A stretch of DNA of 64,000 bases from Corallochytrium limacisporum Hawaii (taxonomy: Eukaryota; Protista; Pluriformea): the NCBI GenBank assembly GCA_002811645.1, contig PDIP01000022.1, positions 235,365 to 299,364 on the forward strand, given 5' to 3'. The position numbers and the translations under genes were made by a program. Shown piece by piece: positions 20,401 through 31,564 of this stretch. The stretch's first letter is position 1. Each line of letters opens with the position of its first letter. The notes beneath the pieces were generated by a model. The model did not search any database and had not been told where the DNA came from. It was given only the letters and a program-made list of their open reading frames with translations.

Positions 20401-23400
20401 GCCTTCGTTGGTTCAGTGTTTCTCGGACCCCCGTGCCGAAACGCACTTCCGGCGTAGCAGAGCGCCTCAGGGAATGTTGCCAGCGCTGGCTGGAAAGTGA
20501 TTCATACGCACACATACCCGGCCGTCATAGTGAAATAACTGAAACAGTGAGGTTCCGCTGGAGATGGCAGAGTGCTTCCCTCATCAAAATTTACTACTGC
20601 TCTCTCTGGCCTTTTTTTCCAGGTCAATCCACTGATAGTGTTATGCAGGCAATATTTCTTGCTTTATTTTTTTTTTACTTATATGAATTCGAATTCGTTG
20701 GTTGCATCACGTCATGCACAGCCTTCACTATTGATAAATTTTTGTCTTCCGCCATGTGCTACTTGTTTTCCAACGTCCCAGGTTCCGCTGGCAATGGCGT
20801 AGTAAGATCTTGAAATGTATAGGAAAATTGTGTATTGAGTCGCAGTGGCTTGGCTGCTGAATGGACGAACAACCAAGAACAAAAAAAACATGCATTTCCC
20901 CTTTAATTCAGAGATCCCCGCGAGGTGGCGCGTCCAGTGACAGCTGAGCCGAAGTGGTGTCCAAAGGCGTATAGAGAGCTATAGCTGAAGAATATTAGAG
21001 TCGTTTCTCAGGAGTCTTCTTTGTATGTCTCTATGGGACCCTGTAGTTGTGCTCAGGAACGCAACAATTGCGAAAAAAAAGCGTGTTTGGATGGGGGGCC
21101 CGCACTTCTCGAGCGGGGCTGCTTCGAACTCGCACCGGAGGTGTTCTCTCCACCTTGCAGCAAGGGCACAGCCAGCGGCCAAATCTCTCATTTTCCAGTA
21201 GTTTTCTGCTGGTGATGCCGCCTGCGTGGCGGTGGAAATCGTCCGCACAGCACCATTATTTATCCGGCCACGCGCATTTCGTCTGCCCAAGCGGTCTCGA
21301 GGCAGCACGATACCAAGGATGAGAATTGGAATGCACTGGGACGGCCTGAGTCCCAAGAACTTTTTTCAATTTGGCCAGGCGGGCAATAAAAGGCAGCTCC
21401 GTGAACTTGAGATCGCGGGAGCGAGTGTCACTGCGAAGTTGAAACTATGCCTTTTCCGCAGAGCACTCTTACAGACATAATTCTAGGCCCAGGCCCACCT
21501 GAGTATTACTTTGGACGATGCGGTAGTCTTAGAAGGCGTGGACGGGTGGATCATTGGTCTGTTGTAAAATCGCTGCCCCGATGTTTGCAGTAATTCCGTG
21601 TCTGGTGCCATACCATAGGCCCTCGGGCTTGTGGTCATTGGATTGCATAAGCTAAATGCATATACGCCCATGTGTGACGCAGTTTGTGGGTGATACATTC
21701 ACCGTTCGTGTGAGTCTTCTCCGTGCTCCTCTCCGGACCTGGCATATAACTCTCCGCAAGAGAGTTCCCTTGAAGCCTAATTTCCCGCTTTCGCGGCTTT
21801 TGTAGTCATGATACAATCTCAAACAAACACACACAGTTGCAAAATTTGAAGAGACCGTCACAGACTATCTTCGATCCACAGAGATGTGGATGCAAACAGC
21901 ATCATAAATGCATAAGGTTGAAATATTACACAAAGGTAGGTCTATGGATGGGAATCTTCCGATTTAGCGTCATTCAGACACAGAGAATTACGAAGCCTAA
22001 TTACACCTGGACCACAGGCATTAGCGAGTGGATGGACTTCACTGTGGGGTGAATGTGTATGTCTGATGCTCCATGCACGCTCAACATGCCAATTGACGAT
22101 CCCGGGGCGTGCTCCCGCTCGCCCTTATGGTCCCGGGAGCGTATTGTAACTCTATCTCCGTATCTATTGAACCATGCAAAGACGCAATAAGCCATTAGAA
22201 AGGAATGGGATCACAAGCACGAAGATTGAGCTGGGCCACCTCCCTTGCATGGTGCCAAACTTTGCGGATGGCCATGGATGCTCTCTGTTGGCCTGCCAGC
22301 CGATAAATGTCAGTGATGATGAAGAATGAAGAGATAGTGAGGCGCTTGAGTTTTCACCGGAGGCGGGAGAACATCAACAAGATGTTAAATCAAGACAGTC
22401 CTCTTGGAGGGAGTTAAGTTCCGTCTTATCTCAAATACGGACAACCCCTTTCCCGTGTTCATCAAGCTCATTCATTCACTAGGGACACAATCAGGACATA
22501 TTCCCTCATTTGCTGACCCTAACCCTAGACTCTCACAGCACCACACACCCCTACAGTCTCGACGCGCATGAACGCATTTCGGCCCCTCCTTTCCCCCCCC
22601 CCCTCTCTCTTCCTCTCTTCTCACCCACATCTTCTTATACCTCACCCAGTGCCACTACCATTTCCCATTCTCTACCTCGCGCACCAGCCATCTCCTTGTG
22701 CGGCCTGTTTATACGGGACCTTTCCCCCCTCCCGCCCGCCGGGGTTTTCCCCCTCCAAAGGCTCTCACCCCCCTCCCCCTTCCCGGGGGACCCCCCTCAT
22801 CTTTTCCCTCTTGCTGAACGTTTGAGTAACCCCATAGCTCTTCCCCTGCGAAAGGGAGGGGCTGTTTCTGTCCTTCTCTGTCAGCCAGTCCTCAGACACA
22901 CGTCAACATGTCCCATTGGCCCTACTCGTCTACGCGGCGTCGTTCTGTCCATACAAACCCCATGCACTGTGTTTCCGATTTTCTCTTCTCTTCGAGATTT
23001 TAGGAAAGGAAGTGCATTGCTTAACATCGATTCATCGTGGACAGACAAGCCCCTAATGCATAGCTCGTCTCCATTCTCTGTCTTTGCATGATGGTCTCTT
23101 GCCCTCCCACACACTAGAAAAATAGTCCACGACCAAAACTTCATCAGCACAGGCCCATGAAGTTTTGTATTCCAAGAATGACTCACCAATAGGTGCAGAA
23201 GCCATCACAAACTTCGTTCCGCCTGGCTCAATTCTCTCACTGTGGCTCATGCTTCCGAACCCCCCTCCCCCCCCCTTCTCCTCCCCCCCTCCCGGAATTT
23301 CAACTTGCAGCCTTGCACCTCAGACGACGCGGTGAAGAAAAGGGGGGAAAGGCCGTGAAGACGAAGAAAAAATTGACCAAGGGAGGGGGAGGACCACCCC

Positions 23401-23436
23401 TCCACACACCGCTATTGCCAGCATTTTGACCCCTCT

Positions 23437-23691
23437 NNNNNNNNNNNNNNNNNNNNNNNNNNNNNNNNNNNNNNNNNNNNNNNNNNNNNNNNNNNNNNNN
23501 NNNNNNNNNNNNNNNNNNNNNNNNNNNNNNNNNNNNNNNNNNNNNNNNNNNNNNNNNNNNNNNNNNNNNNNNNNNNNNNNNNNNNNNNNNNNNNNNNNNN
23601 NNNNNNNNNNNNNNNNNNNNNNNNNNNNNNNNNNNNNNNNNNNNNNNNNNNNNNNNNNNNNNNNNNNNNNNNNNNNNNNNNNNNNNNNNNN
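23437..23691. other. Assembly gap (N run)
   Basis: 255 N, flanked by C-rich homopolymer tracts. Confidence 1.
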
Positions 23692-23934
23692 CAATTCCCC
23701 CCCCCCTTTTTTCTCCTTGGTTTCGCCCAACTGGAAGCGCTGACATGGCTCTCATCGTCGGCACCTCCCGGTCCCCTTTTCACTCCTCCCTTTTCTCGCA
23801 AACCCCGTCACTCCCTTAGTTTTTTTTCTCCCCCTTTCTTCGCCAGGTTAGTGCTTTCTTCTGGTTCCAATTTCCTCCTTCGTCGTACGAAGACAACAAG
23901 AAGAGAAGGAATTGTAGAAACAGGTTACTAGCAG

Positions 23935-24025
23935 GTTAGTGTGAGATATGAACCACACACCAAGTGCAGGGGAACACCCAAGGACACCAAAGATTGTGGA
24001 TTAAACTAACACCGGTGTTGTCTAG
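23935..24025 (+). other. Putative 5'-UTR intron of the bZIP-like gene
   Basis: CAG|GTTAGT donor at 23935 (another at about 23847), ACTAAC branch-like motif at 24005-24010 and CTAG acceptor at 24025. Confidence 0.5.
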
Positions 24026-24208
24026 CGTACAATGCAGAAAACCTATTTGGGATGGTACGTGAAGCCTCAATGTGGGAGTGAGATCTCATTGTCAGTGCAA
24101 CACAATCAATGGTTCTCAAGAGACCTCAGATTAAAATAATGGCCTAGGACGAACTCAGATCTTCAAGGATCACAGAATGAACTTTGCCTAGACAGTTGGC
24201 ATCAAAAA

Positions 24209-25261
24209 ATGAGCAATTTCCCGGCTGACGACCCCTACGGATCAACAGGCCAGGCAGGAATCGGTACAAATAACTCCGTCCTGCATTCTCAGCAAGACAC
24301 AAACGTACAAGCAACTAACGTACTGCAACAGTCAAGTCTCGAACACAGCCAGTACACTACTACACAGGCTGCGACCACACAGAGCACGCACACAAACACA
24401 GCAGGAGTAACAGACCCATCGGGAACAACACGCAGTGGTAGTAGCCCCATTGGAACCCTACCAAACAGCATACCGAACATGGCATCCACAACCGCGCAGC
24501 TGCCAACTGGCAATCAGTACGGAGATATGCCAGGAACATTCCCGCAATATGGTGAAACACAAAACACAATGCCGATGTACTTCGGCAGTGGCCAATTTGG
24601 CTCATCTTTCTATCCGCAGTCCAGCGGATTCCAGGGCAACTCACCTAGTTTCATGTCCGCGCAGAGCGGTCTGAACCAATTCAATCAACCCGCACTCCAG
24701 AGTATTTCAAACCCATATCAACAGATGGCTCAACCCGGAGTGTTTGACCATTCCCAATTCCAGAGTGACCCCAGTATGCTGCACGGTTACCAGACTACAG
24801 GCGGAGCTGGTGGTGCCCACCAACGCCAAGTGGACGTTGCAGCAAGTTACAGCATGGGACCGCAGGCAGGTTCCTATCTGGATCACAAGCAAAAGGTATT
24901 CCAGCACGTTCCCACCATGCAGGCACCAGGACTTCACGCTCAGCAGCCCAAGCCAGTGCACAAGAAGCCTCGGAGACAGAAACACCGCAGCACTGTTGCC
25001 GAATTGTCTCCCTCGGAGCTGGCGGCTAGGCGCTACAAGGAACGGTACATGCGTCAACGCTCTCGTCTGCGCGCAAAGATGCGCCGACTTGTGCAAACGC
25101 TTCACGAATGCGAAGAGCAGCGCCGCGAAAACATCTCCGGCCCTCAGATTGACTCGCAGATCCACAGAATTAGGCAGAGCATGATGCAGCTCGAAGAACG
25201 TATGAAGGCCAACGCGGCTGCGCTTGAACGCCATCGCCGTGAGTTTGCCAACGCACCCTGA
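24209..25261 (+). CDS. Putative transcription factor: Q/S/T/M-rich low-complexity N-terminus plus C-terminal basic region and coiled coil (atypical bZIP-like)
   Basis: 350-aa ORF with aaaaATG context. Basic segment ELSPSELAARRYKERYMRQRSRLRAKMRRL is followed by heptad-like helices. Confidence 0.75.
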   Translation: MSNFPADDPYGSTGQAGIGTNNSVLHSQQDTNVQATNVLQQSSLEHSQYTTTQAATTQSTHTNTAGVTDPSGTTRSGSSPIGTLPNSIPNMASTTAQLPTGNQYGDMPGTFPQYGETQNTMPMYFGSGQFGSSFYPQSSGFQGNSPSFMSAQSGLNQFNQPALQSISNPYQQMAQPGVFDHSQFQSDPSMLHGYQTTGGAGGAHQRQVDVAASYSMGPQAGSYLDHKQKVFQHVPTMQAPGLHAQQPKPVHKKPRRQKHRSTVAELSPSELAARRYKERYMRQRSRLRAKMRRLVQTLHECEEQRRENISGPQIDSQIHRIRQSMMQLEERMKANAAALERHRREFANAP

Positions 25262-27690
25262 AAGATACGCGATTATATATGATCATCATATTATAGAGCA
25301 TTTCCTTTCTATCCCCTTACCCTGTGACCATGCCCAATAGATGCTCAATTAGGCAGATAACCCAAAAGTCACTAATGGCCGATCGCAATAAGTTTGGAGT
25401 TTTCTGACTACCCATTAATACGGACCGACGTGTTGAGCACCATTGTGAGTACGGGTTTGCCTATTCAATAGACGCTTTTTCGAACATACCATCAACAAAA
25501 CATCATCCACCTCATCTCTTCTATCGCGCTCCGTATCTCTGTCTCTTTTCGCTGCCCAGTCCTTTTAGCTATTTTGCCATATCCTCAGCCGTTCCATCGC
25601 GCTGCCCGCTTCGCTGCCCGCCCGCCCCCCTCCTCCTTCTTTTTTTCCGACTTCTTTTCGGCCGATGTTGAAATCAACCACCCAACAGCAAAAAGGCTAC
25701 ACAATCTGTTTTTACCGCCCGTGTGGTTGACATGCCGTCGGGCTACTGCCGACTGTGTCTCCTTACTTATATATCCCAGTATATAGGATTGTTTGTCTTT
25801 TGAAAAAAATAGAATTCCCTTTTTGTTTTTTTTTTATTGTATCTTCACATTTCGGTGTCATCATGGTCGCCGGTCGCAACAGTGATTTACATATTCCTCG
25901 GGCATGGAAGTGTGATGGACCCCAATGCTAGGTGTCAAGTTTGTATGGGTTTGTTTATGTCATGTGGGTTTTGCGAAACGTCGTTGGTCGTACCAGTCCC
26001 CAAGCAAAGACGGCACAAACAGGGCGCTCACCGCCCCCCCCTTCTCGAAATTGAGCGACAAGCCAGTGCCTTTCCTTATTTTTTCTTTGCCTTCTCTTCG
26101 GTATTGTTTGGCCCACACTACACTTCCTGTTGCGTACATGTTCGAAAAAGTTGTATGTGTGGGCGTGCAGCAAAGCCGGGTCCGCGCCAAGTGCAGTATT
26201 GGTCTTCTTGTCGTCTTTGGGGGGATTGGAGGAAGGAAAGGAAAGGGAAGGCGAGAAGGAGGAGGAGGAGGAGGGGGGGGGTTGCACTTCGTAGTCGGCG
26301 TGTCATTCGAAGAATATATCAGTTCTCTTCCATCGGCCCCGGGGGTAACCAGCGCCGTTTGGTATATTTATCGGCTATCGATCCACATCCAATCCATTTA
26401 TCCATCCATCCATCGTCTTGCTATCCATCACCGCATCAAAACCGGGTCAATGCGTTTCCTGCAGCGCATGGCTATCTTCACGCAAGAGCTGTCAAATTGT
26501 ACCAGCAGCTATAGACATGAATATCACATGCAATAACATCCGCATGGACACGAAATGAAAGTGCCACTGCCGTCTCCGATTCATCCAATCGCGAGCAGCG
26601 GTCGTGGTTGGTGTGACGTCCGGGAAGTGAAGAAAACGCAAGCCCCTCTTGACCTGATCCATTGGTGCGGTGCGCATGTGCTCCCCCCCCACCCCCGGGG
26701 GGGGTGGTGTGGGGTGGTGTTTGAAAAAAAAAGCCAACCAGCTGGAGAAAAATAGAGAGCAGGGGTTGACTTTGGAGAAAAGGAGTGGCAGGTACGAGAA
26801 CGGTTGGCTGGTGGGTTCCATGACTATAACGTCCCCACAGGCACGCTAGCCGAAGTCTTAGCTCCTCGGGTTTTCTCCTCGCAATTCACAGAGGGGTCTT
26901 TGTGCACACAGCACACGGGGATGATTCTTTGGAGGAAAAACAGTTAAAAACAAATGAACGCTCTCCTTTTTCCTGTGCACCGTATTGTTTACATATTAAT
27001 ACAAAAGAAAATTCTGGAGCGCATGAAAGGGGAAACTGTGTAGCCATATGGGAGGGTGTGATGATGAAAAAAAGATTCGTGTCAGCCAAGTAACTACCAC
27101 CACCACCAGCAATCGTCAGTACCAACAACACCAAAACAGCGCAAACGCGTCGTATGTGACCGCTCGCACACCCGGCCCACGCAGGCACCTTCCGGTGGTC
27201 AGTCATACAACCGTTGTTGCCAGTCTTGGAGAGCAGTAAGAGCGATCATTCAACATCCGTAGCAAGCATGCAGAACATGACCCCAACGTATATGCTGCGA
27301 GACAGGTACGCAGTTTCAAAAAAAAGAACGTATGGTATACCACCGCTGACACCAAGTTGGCCATTGGCACAAGGAGTGACAATGACCGACTGCTTAATGC
27401 ACAGCGATGAGAAACACATTAGTAGAAATGTGCGGCTATGCTGAGAAATTTATTACTGAACCCAAAGAATGTTGAAAAATTTTTCAAGTTTAGCATTAAG
27501 GTCTGGAGGTCAGAAGAGATGGAACATTTCCTGGGTAGTGCGAATGTCGGAACGAGTTGGGACGGAAGGAGAATTAGTTTGCCAGCCCGAAGACAATCCA
27601 GATGCAACCAGTACGAGTGTGAAAGTTGGCCCGCACTCTGACGAAACACATCAAAAACCGGGGGACCGATAGGAATGCCCCACTGTACTC

Positions 27691-27760
27691 GCACACACGC
27701 ACACACACACGCACACACACACGCACACACACACACACACGTACACGCACACGTACACAC
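27691..27760 (+). repeat. Interrupted (CA)n microsatellite
   Basis: Directly visible alternating purine-pyrimidine tract. Confidence 0.95.
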
Positions 27761-28025
27761 CCCTGCCCCCGTAACGCTTAAAATAGCGGTACAGTAGTAG
27801 ATTGAGTGCAACAACTATGATTGTATATCGTATTTTAGCATCATCATGGAGTGCACTGGGCCCAGATAACCCAGAATACGGCATTGCTTCGGTAAAGCAG
27901 CATACTCTTCAAGCGGGAGAACCACTACTTTAGGCAATAAGATATAAGATGTTCTCAAGCCTGGTTCTCGATGCTTTTGTCCGCGCGCCATGGCCCCCGA
28001 CCGGGCCACACTCACCCACGTATTC

Positions 28026-28104
28026 GTGTGTGTGTGTGTGTGTGTACGCGTGTGTGTGTGTGTGTGTATACGTGGGTGCGTGCGCGTGTGTGTGTGTGTG
28101 TGTG
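28026..28104 (+). repeat. Interrupted (TG)n microsatellite
   Basis: Directly visible; inverted relative to the (CA)n tract about 270 bp upstream. Confidence 0.95.
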
Positions 28105-29210
28105 GCCGTGCACAGGGCCTCTGACGAAATTCTCCCAATTCCAGCCGTAGAAGCCCTTCTGTACCCGCCCCTGTCACAACCATCACTAGGAGGAGGTACA
28201 AATGCCGTCATTTTCTTACACCCGAAACGAGGAAAAAAGAGTAGAAAATATAATTAGCAACAACATAAACAGCCAAATGTTCATTAAGGGAGCCCACAAC
28301 AGCCGGGTGGGGCCTGTGGGGTTTGGCACAGATAAACGTAGAGAGACCGGGTGTGAGGAAGAAGAAGAAGTATTCGACCACAAAAACCAAAGTTTTCGCC
28401 CTGCGCGCGGAGAGCATGTGGCTTCTCCATATACATACGCACCGGAGAGTTTCGAATGCTGGTAACGGAATGCAACATCCGAAGCAAATGATGCAGAACG
28501 GAGATGTGCTGCGGAGATTTGCTGTCTCTCAGGGTTTGTGGTGGTCATTGCAGGCAAAGGGTCCTATGTTATGTACTCGTGGCCAGGCCCATAATTAACA
28601 GAGGGAATTTCCTAAGGATCATATATTTACTCTCAAACACATAGGACTTGGGGTGGAATCGGAGGATATACTATAGTAGGCGCGGAACTGTGCGAAAGCA
28701 TAGTAGAGACCTATCAGTCTAGCACGTTATGACTCGACGAAGGCTAGACTACCCCCTAGCGATGACACGGACCGATTGCTATCATTTCTCCATGAGAGAG
28801 GTGGCTGTTTGCTGATGGTATCATATATTCAGTATTGAATTCTTGTGTTTCTAAGAATTACACTCACAGGACTCAGCCGCATTAACAGGTTCGTAGGGTC
28901 CATGCGGTCTGCTGGACAATTCTTAAAACAGATCATATGTTTAATATAGAAATCAAGAATTAAGGTGCGGTGGACATGGAAATTGTCTTCGTTACCGTGT
29001 CCCTCATTCATTTCGTTCTGAATGGTTCGCTGAATTTCCTCTTCGTTAACATGAGGATGCGAGCGCACGGCCCAACTCACCAATTCCTCCTTTATTTGTA
29101 CATTGTTTTTCTTCCATCGTTGAGTGGGGCCTGGTGTTGTGTTTCACTCTCCCTCTGTCTGACGGTTGGTCTTCCCGTCTCCGTTTTCCTCTCCGTGTGC
29201 TCTTTGTCGC

Positions 29211-29530
29211 CCTTTCTGCCTCTGTGTCTGTCTCTGTCCCTTACTTTCTGTTTCTGTCCCTTGTCTTTGTCTTTGTCTGTGTCTTTGTCTGTGTCTTCGT
29301 CTTCGTCTTTGTATGTGTCTTTGTCTGTGTCTTTGTATGTGTCTTTGTCTGTGTCTTTGTCTGTGTCTTTGTCTGTGTCTTTGTCTGTATCTTTGTCTGT
29401 GTCTTCGTCTGTGGGTTTGTCTTTGTCTTTGTCCTCGTCTTTGTCTGTGGGTTTGTCTGTGTCTTTGTCTCGATCTGTGCTCTCTCTCGCTCACTCTCGC
29501 TCTCGCTCTCGTGCTCTCGCTCTCTCAGTC
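29211..29530 (+). repeat. (TCTTTG/TCTGTG)n hexamer minisatellite followed by a CT/CTCG tract
   Basis: Tandem gtctttgtctgt units, about 270 bp, grading into (CT)-rich repeats. Confidence 0.95.
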
Positions 29531-31339
29531 TCTGTGTCTGTCTCCCTCCCTCTCTTCGTAGGTCCCCGTGTGTGCGCGTGCGTGGGTAATCCTCGCTGTC
29601 TCCCCCCGTTCCTCGACGCAAAAGAAGACACAGCCGTGTCCCTCACACTTCCTCCTCCTCTTTAAATGTCCCCTGCTTTGCTACTTCCCTCCCACCAGAT
29701 CTTCCGCCCCACTCGCAATACACCCGCGATCGTGAAAATCTGGTGCAATCCCGCACGCTCTCAGGGTCTTGTGTGTGTGTGTGGTGGAGTTGAGGGATAC
29801 CCACAACCACTCCATCTCTTTTTTTGGGCGGGACTCTTGGTCTCTCTCTCGTCCAACCGCCCCCTCCTCCCTGAGAGTTGAGGGAGGAGTGGGTTGGGGG
29901 TTTTAGATATGTCCTCCCGTCCCGGTCCTGCGTCTTACACTGCCTCAACTCTCTCTCGCACTCTGTGACCAGATTTTCGGACAGTTGTGCAGCTGGGGAT
30001 TTCTTTTACGTTTCAGTGAGAGTCCTTTTGCGGCGTGTGATGTATTTTTCCGTTTTATCTGTGACAGAGCCTAGCGAAACGGACCCTGCCTACTTGAGTC
30101 AAAGGCGCTCATTTTAGTATGGATATGAACCGGGTATTGTTTAGTCTTGTCCACATTTCGTTCTTGGATCGTGAACGGTTTTGAATTTCTCCACGCGCGC
30201 ACGGTCCAGGGCATGTCCGGTGTGTTGGTCCCTTACGAGTCCGTACCCGCTGCGCGGAATTTGGGTACTTTGGTGGTTAACAATTATATTGAATCTTCTC
30301 GGTGCTTGGCCAAGCGTTTACGTGCTTACCTTCCCTATCGCAGACGACTTGCGGACGTGTCAGTAAAGATAGTCAACGACACCCTCAGGTCAGCACATGC
30401 ACCACTGCTTACGTTAGTACGAAGGCAGCGTAGGAAGCAAAAAAGATTTGAGAAGGAATGAATGAACCAGTCAGAGATCGCCACTCGGACACTGGCAAAA
30501 AAAAGAAAATCGCGCCCGCAGAACACACACACACACACACAAAAACACCAAAAAACACCAGAAACGCCAGACACAAAAAAAAGACACGACAAAAGAAGAA
30601 GGAAAGTAACAAAACTTTGACAAGAGACAACAAAAACAAAACACAAGGAAGACAAAGACACAAACCCGGAGAAACGAAACAGATTAGGTTTCTTTATCCC
30701 TTAGAATGTCTATACGTTTAGTCTAAAAAGTCCAATCCCCATTGTGACCCAATTCAGCTGTCCATTAATCCGGGGAGGAGAGGATTTGTTGTCGCGAGTG
30801 TGCGTGTGTTTTTCTGTACCTACTACTGACTAAGGTAAACGTACAGACGGACACACAAACGCGAGGCTTGCTGGGCTACTTCAACGTAAAAGGGGTGTAA
30901 GAGTTGTCACAAACAAATTTGGGTACAGAATACAGTCTATTAATGGAGATGAATCTGCAACTGCATGAATGAACCGCAGAGCCGGAAGCCAATTAAGTAC
31001 GGTCTGCATACTGAGCGTATGGCAGATAAAGAGGAAAGAAGTTTTCTTTTGCAGGAACACACATTCCCATATGGGCGCATGTACCGCACCACCGCCCAGA
31101 GCAAGCAGGAGCAGACCACGTACGGTAGAAAAAAGTCCATGACCAGGGGAGAATATTGGGAATAAACGATGGCCATCAACAAGAGCGACAAAAGTTGAAG
31201 AAAAAAAACTCGGAAGAAACAGCCGAGCAGCAATCACCCCGAAACGGGATAAACAGAGCACGCCAACGCGAAACACTCTAGTGGGGACAGTAGAGAGACC
31301 ACGGGATGGGGGTAGGACAGGGCACGGGGAGGGGGTTGG

Positions 31340-31564
31340 NNNNNNNNNNNNNNNNNNNNNNNNNNNNNNNNNNNNNNNNNNNNNNNNNNNNNNNNNNNNN
31401 NNNNNNNNNNNNNNNNNNNNNNNNNNNNNNNNNNNNNNNNNNNNNNNNNNNNNNNNNNNNNNNNNNNNNNNNNNNNNNNNNNNNNNNNNNNNNNNNNNNN
31501 NNNNNNNNNNNNNNNNNNNNNNNNNNNNNNNNNNNNNNNNNNNNNNNNNNNNNNNNNNNNNNNN
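31340..31564. other. Assembly gap (N run)
   Basis: 225 N, flanked by G tracts. Confidence 1.

Noticed and set aside
25837-26536. 225-aa and 203-aa ORFs
   Set aside because: Built on purine/pyrimidine tracts with no domain-like features, unlike the real genes.
28970-29665. Overlapping 116-231-aa ORFs (SLSV, VFVC, LCLC, TKTQ, RHRQ repeats)
   Set aside because: Artefacts of a stop-free hexamer minisatellite that is open in most frames.
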